DNA of 64,000 nucleotides from Roseibacillus sp. (GCA_965242925.1 CBDEUM010000030.1:64001-128000); one strand, 5' to 3'; positions 42,842-54,232 are shown, counted from the first letter of the stretch. Notes: generated by a model from the letters alone, not told the origin. Numbers and translations: made by a program.

Positions 42842-42951
42842 GTAACAAGCTGGGAGATCTCGGGAGGAAAATTAGATATCCGGAAGCAATCTCATTTCTC
42901 CCGGAGAGGCGCAACAAATCCGGGATTTTTAACCCGGCAGATGCTTTCCCC

Positions 42952-43716
42952 TCACCGACTCGCATAGGCCGGACCCTGGATGGTGATCTGGTCATGATAC
43001 CTCTTCACCTTTGCCTGAAACCCGCGCCACTTCCGGCCGGGCCTTCCGTTATCAAGAAGGAAATGCGGGCAATTCTTGTGCGCCGGGCTCATCCCGTGGC
43101 GTGGCCAGTGATAGTGGGGCACCACCTTCGAGAGCGGGATATCGTATTTGTACATCAGATACGCCGCCAACTTGGCGGTGCGATCAACCGTGCGGGTCCG
43201 GCTGTTACCCCGATGCTCGCACATTTCGATCCCGATCGAATATTTGTTCCCCGGTCCGTTGAGGTCGGCATGCCGCCCCGTGATATTGGTCGGCAAATGC
43301 TGCACTGCCACATTCTCGTCGACCGTGTAATGCCAGGACAGGCTCCCAAGCTTGCTGCCCTTCAGGGCCAGCGAGTGCCGCCATGAATCAGCTCCCCTGC
43401 TCCAGTTCTGCGTACTGTGAATAGTAATATAGCGGGGCCTCATGCTGCTCTGGCCACGTCGCCCACGTGCGCTTCTCGGCAGGTAGTCCTTGTGCACCCG
43501 GACCTCGGCCAGGAGCGAGGTGGGCAACTTGAGCGGAACGAGAGCCCGCGCGGCCACCGACACGTGCTGGTAGGTTCGGTTCGGGGTCACCCTGACCGCC
43601 TGTGAGTCCTGGCCACTCAACTTCCCACTTCCGGTTCCGGAACACCCCGCTACCAGGAGCGAAGCCGCGACAGCCATTCCACTTATTGAATGAATACAGA
43701 TATTCCGTATAGGCAT
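42952..43716 (-). CDS. N-acetylmuramoyl-L-alanine amidase (Amidase_2), probable lipoprotein
   Basis: LLVAGC lipobox; YITIHST, SWHYTVD, SIGIEMC, PHYHW and KNCP zinc motifs. Start 43716 or 43677. Confidence 0.87.
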   Translation of the reverse strand: MPIRNICIHSISGMAVAASLLVAGCSGTGSGKLSGQDSQAVRVTPNRTYQHVSVAARALVPLKLPTSLLAEVRVHKDYLPRSARGRRGQSSMRPRYITIHSTQNWSRGADSWRHSLALKGSKLGSLSWHYTVDENVAVQHLPTNITGRHADLNGPGNKYSIGIEMCEHRGNSRTRTVDRTAKLAAYLMYKYDIPLSKVVPHYHWPRHGMSPAHKNCPHFLLDNGRPGRKWRGFQAKVKRYHDQITIQGPAYASR

Positions 43717-43865
43717 AATATCAGTTATCGACACGTTATGAACAAAATAACGGATTGTTCACATTTGTGAAGATCTAAGTTGCGTCTCCTCCTCCCCCCT
43801 GCCTCTGTCGTGCCAGAATCAGCTTCGATTCCTCAATATCAGCAATTGATTCCCCCGCGGAAGCC

Positions 43866-46800
43866 TTGGCTTTCGCCCGGCACCACTGTGCCTTGGAACA
43901 ACTCGTGACGGATTCCAGGGGTGCCGCTCCCCTCTCTCTGGGCCCGATCGAAACTCCTGCCCACGCCTTCCTGGCAGCCCTTCTTTCCAAGGCTGTCGAA
44001 CCTGGGTCCAGACTCTGGATCCTCGGTGGATCGGCCCGTCACCGCGAACGACTGGCAATGGAACTGCACGGCTGGCAGGTCGATTCGATCACACTGCCCG
44101 ATCCTCCCCTTGAGAATTTCGAGATGCAACTGGCGGACCCCGAACGGGACGCCGAACGCCTGGCTGCCTTTCAACGCCTCCGTGAAGATCCCGGGGACGG
44201 TTCGCCGGTAGTGACTCTCGCCTCGTCCGAGGCCTTCGCCCACTCCGCGCCATCTCCCGACGAATTCCTTGCCTCCATTCTCAGCCTGAAGGTCGGCGGG
44301 CAGCAGGATCCCGACGAATTGAAGGAAACGCTCCTCGCCGCCGGCCTGGAGGAGGTTGCCCAGGTCCATGCCCGCCAGCAATTTTCCAGCCGCGGCGCAA
44401 TCCTCGATATCTTCCCGATACAGGCTCCCGCTCCCCTGCGCTTCGAATTTTTTGACCGTGGGCTCGAATCGCTTCGGGAGTTCGACCTTGATTCACAGAC
44501 TTCGATCCGTCGCCTCGATCATGCCGAACTCGTCCTCACTCCCCCCTCGCTGGAACACCGGGTAGCGGACTGGTTCCGTGACGACGATACGGTTCTCGGC
44601 CTGGACGACGGAGTCGAGGACGCCGATATCATATTCACTGACGACCCCACCAGAAACGAATCGAATCTGGAAGCCTATGGCACTCCCTTTGCTCACTTCG
44701 ATGCCGGCGACTTCATTCTGCACGAAGCACAGCAGAGCACGGTCTTTCATCACATCAACGACTGGCTTGCCGACGGATGGATCGTTTGTATCGCCGCCGC
44801 CACCGAGGGCGAAAGGGAGCGCTTCCACGAACTTGGCGGCACCCATCTTCCAGCAGGAGGATACCACTTTCTCGATCTGGCTCTCCCGGAAGGTTTCGTC
44901 CTGCGTTCAGCCAAGTTGGCAATCCTCTCCCTCGCTGAGCTCCTGGGCCGGTATCAAACCACCGTTCGCCCATCCCGCCTGCAGCACCTTGAGAAAGCAC
45001 GCTCGCACTCCGCCGCCACCGAATTGGACCAACTCAACGAAGACGACCTCGTCGTGCACGCCGACTACGGCATCGGACGCTACCGGGGATTGAGCCGAGA
45101 CGACGAAGGAGAAGAGGAATTATCCATCGAATACCGGGACGGGAGCACCCTGCACGTCCCCATCGACCAATCCCACCTCGTCTCGCGCTACGTCGGGGGT
45201 GGAGGGAAATCTCCTCTTCTGAGCAGACTGGGTGACGGACGCTGGAGCAAGGTCCGCAGGTCCGCGGAGGCCGCGATCATGGACTATGCTGCTCGCCTCC
45301 TGCGCACCCACGCAGAACGCGATTCTCAGAGAGGCCACGCCCATCCCTCTGACACCAAGTGGATGTGGGAATTCGAAAACTCCTTCCCTTTCACCGAGAC
45401 CCCGGATCAGATCCGGGCCATCTCCGAGACCAGGGCCGACATGGAATCAGAGCAACCCATGGATCGCCTGATCTGCGGCGACGTCGGCTTTGGCAAGACC
45501 GAAGTGGCCATTCGCGCAGCCTTCAAGGCGGTAACCGGCGGATCCCAGGTTGCGATCCTGGTCCCCACCACCGTCCTGGCGGAACAGCACTGGCGTACTT
45601 TCCGGGAACGCATGAGCGAGTTCCCCATCCGCATTGAACTTCTCAGTCGTTTCCGTAAACCCGGCGAAATCGCTGAAACCATCGAGGGTATTGCCAATGG
45701 CGGCGTCGACATCGTGATCGGCACCCACCGCCTCCTTTCCGGCGACGTTTCCTTCCAGAACCTCGGTCTGGCAATCGTGGACGAGGAGCAGCGCTTCGGG
45801 GTGAAGCACAAGGAGCAATTCAAGGAACGCTTTCGCCAGATCGACCTCCTTACCCTCTCAGCCACGCCTATTCCCCGCACATTGTATTTCTCGCTTATGG
45901 GCGTACGCGACATGTCAACCATTGACACTCCACCACCCAACCGCATCCCCGTTCACACTTCTGTCTGTGCCTATGACGAACGAATGATACGGGACAGTGT
46001 GCGCCGCGAGCTGGAGCGCGAAGGACAGGTCTTCTTCCTTCACAACCGCGTCCAGAGCATCGAGATGGTCAGGAAACCGCCTGCAGGAGCTGGTTCCTGA
46101 AGCCAGGATCCTCGTGGGTCACGGGCAGATGGGGCGGGCCGATCTGGAAGAGGTCATGCATACCTTCGTCGACGGGAAGGCGGACGTCCTTCTCTCCACC
46201 ACCATTATCGAGAGCGGCATCGATATTCCCAATGCCAATACCATCCTCATTGACCGGGCCGATCGCTTCGGACTGGCTGACCTGTACCAGTTGAGGGGGC
46301 GGGTTGGCCGTGCCACCCGCCGTGCCTATGCCATCCTCATGCTCCCCCGTGACCAGATTTCCACGGGCGATGCAAAAAAACGGGTGAGTGCCATCAAACA
46401 GTATACCGCTCTCGGATCCGGCTTCAGGATCGCCATGCGCGATCTCGAGATCCGTGGGGCCGGCAACCTGCTCGGCACCCGGCAGTCGGGTCATATCGCC
46501 GCGGTGGGCTTTGATCTCTACTGTCAGTTGCTTCGCCAGTCAGTCGAGCAATTGAGCGGCCGAAAAGTGCAGCGGCGGACTGATGTTGTTCTCCGGGCCG
46601 ACTTCCTCGCCTTCTCCGAATCGCGCTACGAGGACTCAGAGAAAGAACAACTTCCCGTCTATATTCCCGCCGGATACATCGCTGATTCAAGGGCCCGGCT
46701 GGCGGCCTACCGGGAATTGGCCAGCCTGGCCGGGCAGGACGAACTTCGCAGCTACGAGGAGCGTCTTCGCGATCGGTTCGGACGGATTCCCCTACCGGCC

Positions 46801-47010
46801 CGCAACCTTATCCAGGTCAGCCAACTCCGGCTGGAAGCGGCCGCGGCCGGTGCCGAAATGGTGGAAATCCGTGGGGATCGCCTCATGGTGCAACGCAACG
46901 GCGGTTATCTTATGCTCGATAACAGCCACTTTCCTCGCTTGAGATCCAGGGATGCCAACAGTATCCTCCGTGAAGCAGTCGAATGGTTAGAATCCCTCAA
47001 TCGGCCATGA
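43866..47010 (+). pseudogene. mfd: Transcription-repair coupling factor Mfd split by a single-base frameshift (likely sequencing error)
   Basis: ORF1 has VVHADYGIGRY, CGDVGFGKTEVA, DEEQRFGV and SATPIPRT. ORF2 has FGLADLYQLRGRVGR and DLEIRGAGNLLG. Deleting one base at 46074-46078 fuses them. Confidence 0.92.
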
Positions 47011-47984
47011 AATCACTCCTCTACGCAACCACCCTTCTGGCGACTCCTCTCCTCGCCGCACCGGTTCCCCTCCTCAAGACCGCCGCCACCGTCAACGGCA
47101 AGATGATCACTACGCGGGAGGTTCAGCAGCAACTTGCTCCCACCATCGCGATGCTGATGGCAAAGTATCCACGCCGCGGTGAGCAGTTTCAGAGGGCCCT
47201 CACGGAAGCCCACAAGGAGGTGCTCGACCAGCTCATTGAGCACAAACTGGTGCTCAGCAAGCTCGAGGAGAAACAACTGCAGATTCCGGATCACATCGTC
47301 AAACAGGATATCGAACAGTTTATCCGCATCAACTTCAAGGGGAGTCAGGAGGAATTCCGCAAATACCTGAAGGCCATCAGGATGACCCGCCGGGAATTTC
47401 AGAAATCCCAGCAGGAGAAGATCCTGGTCCAGTCCTTCAAGCGTGAGCAGTTCAAGGATGTGGCACCCGCCACCGACGCTGAAATCAGGAAGCGCTTCAG
47501 CGAACGCTCGGGCGACCTGCGCGACCGCACCAAGGACCGGATCACCTTTCGTAAGATCTACATCCCGGCCATCGACCAGAACAACCCGATCGCCACACAG
47601 AATGACCAGCTCACCCTGGCTGAAAAACTGGCAGTCCAGGTGAAGGGGGAGGCCGACTTCGCCTCCATCGCCCAGGCCCACTCCTCCGGCGCCTTCGCTG
47701 ACAAGGGCGGCCTCTGGGAGAACACCCTTCGCTCCGATCTCGAGGTCGGGTTCGCCGACATCATCTTTGAAGCCTCCGAAGGTGACATCCTGGGTCCGCT
47801 CAAGGACAGAATCGGGTTCACCATTGTGAAGATCGTCAAGATCAACCAGGGGCCCCTGCCTGCCCTCGATCCCAAGATGCGGGAACGCATGCGGACGGAG
47901 GTCGAGATCGAAAAACGCTCCGGCCGCTACGCGGAGTGGATCAAGATGCTCAAGCGCACCGCCATTATCCGGCGCAACGCATAA
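47007..47984 (+). CDS. SurA-like periplasmic chaperone / parvulin-type peptidylprolyl isomerase
   Basis: Signal peptide, AATVNGKMITTREV, FASIAQAHSSG...KGGLW; ATGA overlap with the mfd stop. Confidence 0.8.
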   Translation: MKSLLYATTLLATPLLAAPVPLLKTAATVNGKMITTREVQQQLAPTIAMLMAKYPRRGEQFQRALTEAHKEVLDQLIEHKLVLSKLEEKQLQIPDHIVKQDIEQFIRINFKGSQEEFRKYLKAIRMTRREFQKSQQEKILVQSFKREQFKDVAPATDAEIRKRFSERSGDLRDRTKDRITFRKIYIPAIDQNNPIATQNDQLTLAEKLAVQVKGEADFASIAQAHSSGAFADKGGLWENTLRSDLEVGFADIIFEASEGDILGPLKDRIGFTIVKIVKINQGPLPALDPKMRERMRTEVEIEKRSGRYAEWIKMLKRTAIIRRNA

Positions 47985-48015
47985 TCACCCTTCCCTGCGA
48001 AGGTCAAAAAGCACC

Positions 48016-48510
48016 ATGCACACCGCTGTCTACGCCGGGAGCTTCGATCCTCCGACCAACGGACACCTCTGGATGATCCAGCGTGGTCTCGAGTTATTCG
48101 ACCGCCTCATTGTCGCGATCGGCACAAACCCCGAGAAACATTACAGTTTCACCCTGGAGGAACGCCTTGAACTCCTGGAGGTGTCGGTGCCCTCCTGTGA
48201 GCGACTCACCTTCTCACACTTCGATAACCGCTACCTTGTCGACTACGCCAAGGAACAGAGTGCGGCCTATATCCTGCGTGGTGTACGCACCGCTGCCGAC
48301 TATGAATACGAACGCGTCATGCGTCACATCAACGCGGACCTGGCCCCGGAAATCACCACCATCTTCCTCATGCCTCCCCGGGACATCGCGGAACTGAGTT
48401 CCAGCATGGTCAAGAGCCTGATCGGTCCCGAGGGGTGGGAGGACACGGTGCGGCGCTACGTCCCGAATCCCGTTTTCGAAGCCCTCTCCTCGGCAAACAG
48501 AGACGTGTAG
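48016..48510 (+). CDS. coaD: Pantetheine-phosphate adenylyltransferase
   Basis: AVYAGSFDPPTNGH, ILRGVR...DYEYE and LSSSMVK motifs. Confidence 0.95.
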   Translation: MHTAVYAGSFDPPTNGHLWMIQRGLELFDRLIVAIGTNPEKHYSFTLEERLELLEVSVPSCERLTFSHFDNRYLVDYAKEQSAAYILRGVRTAADYEYERVMRHINADLAPEITTIFLMPPRDIAELSSSMVKSLIGPEGWEDTVRRYVPNPVFEALSSANRDV

Positions 48511-48575
48511 ACAGGATCCGCACGGTTCCCATTCGTCTGTCGACTGTTCCCGGTTCCCTCTTTATTCTTCCCCTC

Positions 48576-50447
48576 ATGCAAACCCTCGCCATCGCGCTTG
48601 GCGCCCTCGTTCTTTACCTGGTGGCCTACCACACCTACGGCAGGTTCCTGGCCCGCAGGATCTTCAAGCTCGATCCCGCGGCCCGGGTCCCCTCCGTCGA
48701 GATGGAGGACGGCACCGACTACGTCCCCACCAGCAGGGGCGTCATTTTTGGGCATCACTTCACCAGCATCGCGGGAACCGGTCCCATTGTCGGGCCCGCC
48801 CTGGCGGTGATCTGGGGGTGGGTGCCCGCCCTGCTCTGGGTTCTTTTCGGATCCATTCTCATCGGTGCGGTCCACGATTTTGGTGCCCTCGTGGTTTCCA
48901 TACGCAACCGGGGCCAGACGGTGGGAGATATCGCAGGACGGGTCCTCAGCAAGCGCACCCGCCTCCTCTTCCTCTCCGTCCTCTTCCTGGCCCTCACCAT
49001 TGTCCTGGCCATCTTCGGACTGGTGATTGCTAGCGTGTGGGATCTGTACCCGCAGTCGATTTTCCCCTGCCTCATCCAGATCCCTCTCGCCGTTTTGATC
49101 GGCGTCTATTTGCACCGGCGGGGCGTCAACATTCTCATCCCCTCCATCATCACGCTGGGCCTGATGTATCTCACGATCTTCTACGGAAACGTGGGCGTTC
49201 TCGGGGCCTTCAACCAGATGCTCGGAGGCGAGCCCGGAGTGATCGGGGACGGAATCCCGACCATTGCGTGGGTAGCAATCCTTCTCATTTACTCCTACAT
49301 TGCATCCGTCCTCCCAGTCTGGACCCTTCTTCAGCCCCGCGACTTCATCAACTCTCTCCAGCTCATCTCCGCTCTCGGTCTCATCGTGATCGGTCTCGTG
49401 GTAGCTGGGTTGATCGGCGGAGCCCCCGCTGCGGGCGGCGAACGGCAGAGTCTCGAAATCGTGGCCCCCGCATTCCGGATGGCCCCCGAGGGCGCTCCCT
49501 GGATCTTTCCCTTCCTCTTCATCACCATCGCCTGCGGGGCCATCTCAGGCTTTCACTGCCTCGTCTCCTCCGGCACCTCCTCCAAGCAGCTGAAGTGCGA
49601 ATCGGACGCCCAGTTCGTGGGCTATGGTTCGATGCTCACCGAGGGGTTCCTCGCCACCCTCGTCATCCTCGCCTGCGTTGCCGGCCTGGGGTTGGGGGTA
49701 AAGGGCGCAGACGGCACCCTCTTCGGGAGTGCGGCCTACGATGCCCGCTATGGATCGTGGGCTGCAGCGGGTGGCCTTGGCGCCAAGGTCGGGGCTTTCG
49801 TCGAAGGGTCCGCGAACTTCCTGACCGCCCTCGGACTTTCGGCCCCCTTCGCCATCGCACTCATGGGTGTCTTCGTGGCCTCCTTTGCGGCCACTACCCT
49901 CGACACCGCCTGCCGCCTGCAACGTTACGTGGTACAGGAACTCGCCTCCACCTTCGTCCCGCGCGAGACGGTCGGCAGCGCACAACTTCGCTTCAACCCC
50001 CTCAAGTGGCTCACCAACAAGCACGGCGCCACCATCTTTGCGATCGTGGTCGCGGGAACTCTCGCCTACATGCCAGGCAAGCCGGACGGTGTTCCCGGCA
50101 CCGGGGGGCTCCTCCTCTGGCCTCTCTTCGGTGCCACCAACCAGCTCCTCGCGGGCCTTGCTTTCCTCGTCATCACCTTCTGGCTCTGGCGTCGCGCACT
50201 CCCGGTCTGGTTCATCGTCATTCCCACCCTATTCATGCTCATCTTGCCGGGCATCGCGATGTCGATGAACGTCGTGACCTTCGTCAAGGACTCCCAGTGG
50301 CTCCTCGCCGCCCTCGGCCTCGCCACCATTGCCCTCCAGCTCTGGATCATTTTTGAGGCGGTGGCGGCCTGGCCCCGGGCCCGGGGCGTGCTGGAAGATC
50401 TTTCGGGTTCCACCGAGTCCCTTCCGGAGGGAGGACGGAGCTGCTAG
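48576..50447 (+). CDS. cstA: Carbon starvation protein A family transporter
   Basis: DGTDYVPT, GHHFTSIAGTGPIVGP, LLQPRD, TIACGAISGFH and WPLFGATNQLL motifs; start moved to MQTLAIAL. Confidence 0.92.
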   Translation: MQTLAIALGALVLYLVAYHTYGRFLARRIFKLDPAARVPSVEMEDGTDYVPTSRGVIFGHHFTSIAGTGPIVGPALAVIWGWVPALLWVLFGSILIGAVHDFGALVVSIRNRGQTVGDIAGRVLSKRTRLLFLSVLFLALTIVLAIFGLVIASVWDLYPQSIFPCLIQIPLAVLIGVYLHRRGVNILIPSIITLGLMYLTIFYGNVGVLGAFNQMLGGEPGVIGDGIPTIAWVAILLIYSYIASVLPVWTLLQPRDFINSLQLISALGLIVIGLVVAGLIGGAPAAGGERQSLEIVAPAFRMAPEGAPWIFPFLFITIACGAISGFHCLVSSGTSSKQLKCESDAQFVGYGSMLTEGFLATLVILACVAGLGLGVKGADGTLFGSAAYDARYGSWAAAGGLGAKVGAFVEGSANFLTALGLSAPFAIALMGVFVASFAATTLDTACRLQRYVVQELASTFVPRETVGSAQLRFNPLKWLTNKHGATIFAIVVAGTLAYMPGKPDGVPGTGGLLLWPLFGATNQLLAGLAFLVITFWLWRRALPVWFIVIPTLFMLILPGIAMSMNVVTFVKDSQWLLAALGLATIALQLWIIFEAVAAWPRARGVLEDLSGSTESLPEGGRSC

Positions 50448-50475
50448 CCCCGGCGGTAATCTCTGTAGGAGTCGA

Positions 50476-52494
50476 TCACCATTCGCCTGCAACCTGCCAC
50501 TCCTCCAGCAACTCCTGGGGGCAGTCATCGAGGAACCGCGAGGGCCGCTGGATGACATCCCCCGTATAACTCTTGGGGTTGATCTGGGGATAGGTCAGAT
50601 AGAGCTCATCCTTGGCCCTGGTGATGGCCACGTAAAAAAGGCGCCGTTCCTCCTCCAGCATATACTCGTCGTCCGCATCAAGCACCCGTCCGTTGGGAAA
50701 CATGCCGTCGGTCAGGGAAATCACGAAGACCACCTTCCACTCCAGCCCCTTGGCCTGGTGCACGGAAGAAAGAATGACCTGTTCCTTGTCCAGCTCCGCC
50801 TTGCTCCCGCTGGGGTCGCCATCCACTGCCGACATCAGTGAGAGCTGCCCCAGACATTCGAGAATGTCGTCAAAACGGTCCGCATAATTCATGAGCTCCT
50901 CAAGATCCGAACGCCGGTTGTCGTAGTTGTCGAAGGACTCCCGCATGACCTCGTCATAGACACCCTCCAGCACACTGAAAATCATCTCGGACGGGCGAGC
51001 AAAACCCTCCTCGGTCACCAGTTCATCAAGAGTGTGGCCAAGCTGCTCCCAGTGGCTGACCGATTTCCCGGGCACCGGGAGATCGTCGAGAATATCGGAA
51101 AAACAGGCCGGCGGCTCCTCCGATGTCGCGTGGGTGGTCGCGGCCCAGCCCCGCCAGAGCTTGTCGGCATTCTTTCCCCCGATCCCCGGCAGGAGATTCA
51201 CCATCCGCTTGAAGCTGACCTCGTCCCGCCGATTGGTCACGAAGCGCATGAAGGCCGCCACATCCTTGATGTGGGCCTGCTCAAAGAAGCGCAGTCCACT
51301 CGTGATCTGGAACGGGATGCCCCGGTTCCGCAGCTCCATCTGCAGGGTCATGCTCTGGTGGTGCGCCCGGTAGAGCACTGCCATTTCCTCCAGTTCCACT
51401 CCCTCGTCCCGCAATTCCAGGATGCGCTGGGCCACGAACTGGGCCTGGGCATTGGGATCTTCCAGCGGCACCAGGGCCGGCATCATGGCTCCGCCCTCGC
51501 GCGCGGCCTGCAAGTCCTTCTCAAAGCGATGATGATTGGCTTTGATGGCAGCATTGGAAAGTTCCAGGATTTCCGGGACGCTCCGGTAGTTCTTCTCGAT
51601 CCGGTAGACCCGCGCTTCGGGGTAGCGCTCGGGAAAGCTCAGGATGTTTTCCATATCGGCCCCCCGCCACGAGTAGATGGACTGGGCATCATCCCCCACC
51701 ACCATGAGGCTCTGGTGCTCCCCCACCAGGAGGTTCACCAACTCGCTCTGCACCTGGTTGGTGTCCTGGAATTCGTCCACCATCACGTATTGGAAGCGCT
51801 TCTGGTAGAGTCTCCGCAGTTCCTCGTTCTGCTGCAGGAGGCGGAGGGTAAGCACCAGGAGGTCATCAAAATCCATCGAGTTGATCTGGCGCTTCTTCTT
51901 CCGGTAACGCCCCTCCACCCGTGCGATGTCCTCCCTCCACTCTTCAAAGTAGGGATATCGCTCCTCGAGGAGATCCTCCAGGGCGACCCCGGTATTCTCG
52001 ATCAGGCTGAAGATTGAGATCAGGACATCGGGCTTGGGAAAGCGCCGCGTCGAGGTGTCAATCTCACACCCGGAAATGACCGTGTTCATGAGCGATTTCT
52101 GGTCATCCCGGTCCATGATGGAGAAAGACTTGGTGAACCCGATCTCCTCCGCATGCCGACGCAGGATCCGGTTGCCCACCGAGTGAAACGTTCCTCCCCA
52201 CATCTCGCTGACGTCCCGGGGCACCAGGGCCCGCACCCGCTCCAGCATCTCCTTGGCAGCCTTGTTGGTGAAGGTGAGCAGGAGGATGTTGCGCGGCTCG
52301 ATGCCTTTGTCCAGGAGGTAGGCCACCCGGTAGGTCAGGGTCCGGGTCTTGCCCGATCCCGCCCCCGCGATGACGAGGACCGGACCAGGGGGAGACGAGA
52401 CCGCTGCCAGTTGCTGGTCGTTCAGCTCCTCAGCGAAGTTGATCCCGGACGCACCTGTGGTGGTCGGGCGCTGTAGGGTGTACTCGCGCGCCAT
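50476..52494 (-). CDS. UvrD/PcrA/Rep family ATP-dependent DNA helicase
   Basis: AGAGSGKT, TFTNKAA, VDEFQDTN, VGDDAQSIYSWRGA, HQAKGLEW and EERRLFYVAITRAK motifs. Confidence 0.95.
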   Translation of the reverse strand: MAREYTLQRPTTTGASGINFAEELNDQQLAAVSSPPGPVLVIAGAGSGKTRTLTYRVAYLLDKGIEPRNILLLTFTNKAAKEMLERVRALVPRDVSEMWGGTFHSVGNRILRRHAEEIGFTKSFSIMDRDDQKSLMNTVISGCEIDTSTRRFPKPDVLISIFSLIENTGVALEDLLEERYPYFEEWREDIARVEGRYRKKKRQINSMDFDDLLVLTLRLLQQNEELRRLYQKRFQYVMVDEFQDTNQVQSELVNLLVGEHQSLMVVGDDAQSIYSWRGADMENILSFPERYPEARVYRIEKNYRSVPEILELSNAAIKANHHRFEKDLQAAREGGAMMPALVPLEDPNAQAQFVAQRILELRDEGVELEEMAVLYRAHHQSMTLQMELRNRGIPFQITSGLRFFEQAHIKDVAAFMRFVTNRRDEVSFKRMVNLLPGIGGKNADKLWRGWAATTHATSEEPPACFSDILDDLPVPGKSVSHWEQLGHTLDELVTEEGFARPSEMIFSVLEGVYDEVMRESFDNYDNRRSDLEELMNYADRFDDILECLGQLSLMSAVDGDPSGSKAELDKEQVILSSVHQAKGLEWKVVFVISLTDGMFPNGRVLDADDEYMLEEERRLFYVAITRAKDELYLTYPQINPKSYTGDVIQRPSRFLDDCPQELLEEWQVAGEW

Positions 52495-52513
52495 GGTTCC
52501 AATTCAGTCCCTT

Positions 52514-54232
52514 TTACTCGTCAGGAAAGGCCTCATCGGCGGAGGCATCGGCCTTCTCCAGCGATAATCCCGCATCCACTTTCTCCGCAAAGTGCTGGAA
52601 CTTGGCGAGCTCCCGCCTGATGAGCGGAATCATGAGATAAACCCCAATCAGGTTCGGAATACTCATCGCGAAAAGCGAAGCATCGGAAAAGTCGACTGCA
52701 TTCCCTACATTCGCAGAGGCACCCGCAATGATGATGAGGCAGAAGAGCGCCTTGTAGGTGAACTCGAGAGCGTAGTGCCTTCCGAAGAGATACTGCCAAG
52801 CCTGCAGCCCATAGTAACTCCAGGTCACTAGGGTGGAGAACGCGAAAAGAAGAACGCAGACGAAGAGGAGATACTTGAATCCCGAGTTCACGGTCTCGAA
52901 AGCCGCTGACGTCAGACCAATACCGAAAGCCGAGTTGTTGTTGGCGTCACGGCCCAGCTCAAAGGCCTGGCCATTGACCGTGAAATTAGCGGTGTCACCA
53001 TCGAATTGCATGGTCGTGACAATGACCAGGGAGGTCATCGTGCACACCACCACCGTATCAACGAACGGTTCAAGAAGAGCCACTACCCCTTCCGAGGCCG
53101 GCTTCCGGGTCCGGGCTGCCGAGTGGGCGATCGGAGCAGACCCTATCCCCGCCTCGTTTGAGAATGTGGCCCGCCGCATCCCCCAGATGAAGGCCGCCAG
53201 AATGCCTCCGGTCACCGCCGCTCGCGGTTGAAAGGCTTCGCTCACAATCATACCGATTGCGCCAGGAATGGCACCAGCGTTGATGATCAGCACGAGCGCT
53301 GCACTGAGGATATAGATCACACACATGGAGGGAACCAGCTTGGAGGTTACCTTCGCAATGGACTTGATCCCCCCGATAATCACGAGAGCCGTGACCACGG
53401 CCATGATCAGGCCGAAGACCCACTGGTTGGAGGCAAAGAAACTGTCCTCTCCGGTGACATTGATGAGCTGGGAAGTGACCTGGTTGATCTGGAAGATGTT
53501 CCCCCCCCCAAAAGATGCGAAAATACAGAATATACAAAAGAAGACTGCCAGGATCGACCCAATCGGACCGAGTCCGCGTTCGGCCATGCCCTGCTTCAGG
53601 TAGTACATCGGACCCCCGTGAACGATACCATTCTCATCTATGTTCCGGTATTTCACTCCCAGCGTACACTCCGCGAACTTGGTTGCCATCCCGAGGAAGC
53701 CGCTCAAGAAGAGCCAGAAGGCGACTCCCGGACCGGCGATGGAGATTCCAATGGCAACCCCGGCGATATTTCCCAATCCCACCGTTCCGGAGACCGCAGT
53801 GGTGAGGGCTTGGAAGTGAGAAATGTTTCCCGGATCATCGGGACCACTGTATTTCCCCCGCACAGTCCGGAGAGCGAGGGGGAAACAGCGCACGTTGATG
53901 CCCTTGAACACCACCGTGAAGATAAGGCCTGCCGCCGCCAGCCAGAGAATCACCCACAACACATCGTAGCCTCTGATCGGGATACTTGAAAAAATCGACT
54001 TAACGAACCATCCGGTGGCTTTTCCAAATCCCTCGTTGATCTTCTCATCGATGCTTTTCTCCTGCTCCTCTTCTCCGCCTGCTTCACTCTCCTCGGCTGG
54101 CGCTTCTGTGGCGGCCGGCTCCACAGACGGGGTGTCCTCCTGAGCGGAGGCCATCGCTCCCGCTGCAAAGAGAAAAATCCCAAGAAGTAACAGCCAGCGA
54201 AAGAAGAAGGAAAAAGACCCGGACCTCATCAT
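52514..54232 (-). CDS. Alanine/glycine:cation symporter (AGCS family)
   Basis: ISHFQALTTAVSGTVGLGNIAGVA, GGPMYYL, RRATFSNEAGIGSAPIAH and EPFVDT motifs. Confidence 0.93.
   Translation of the reverse strand: MMRSGSFSFFFRWLLLLGIFLFAAGAMASAQEDTPSVEPAATEAPAEESEAGGEEEQEKSIDEKINEGFGKATGWFVKSIFSSIPIRGYDVLWVILWLAAAGLIFTVVFKGINVRCFPLALRTVRGKYSGPDDPGNISHFQALTTAVSGTVGLGNIAGVAIGISIAGPGVAFWLFLSGFLGMATKFAECTLGVKYRNIDENGIVHGGPMYYLKQGMAERGLGPIGSILAVFFCIFCIFASFGGGNIFQINQVTSQLINVTGEDSFFASNQWVFGLIMAVVTALVIIGGIKSIAKVTSKLVPSMCVIYILSAALVLIINAGAIPGAIGMIVSEAFQPRAAVTGGILAAFIWGMRRATFSNEAGIGSAPIAHSAARTRKPASEGVVALLEPFVDTVVVCTMTSLVIVTTMQFDGDTANFTVNGQAFELGRDANNNSAFGIGLTSAAFETVNSGFKYLLFVCVLLFAFSTLVTWSYYGLQAWQYLFGRHYALEFTYKALFCLIIIAGASANVGNAVDFSDASLFAMSIPNLIGVYLMIPLIRRELAKFQHFAEKVDAGLSLEKADASADEAFPDE

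Noticed and set aside
42860..42940. Imperfect hairpins downstream of the amidase gene
   Set aside because: Mismatched stems and no clear U-tract; too weak to call a terminator.
46071..46080. Programmed ribosomal frameshift in mfd
   Set aside because: No canonical slippery site, and similar indels in two unrelated genes favour sequencing error.
49037..50356. 439-aa Arg/Pro-rich ORF within cstA
   Set aside because: Alternate-frame artefact of C-rich codon usage.
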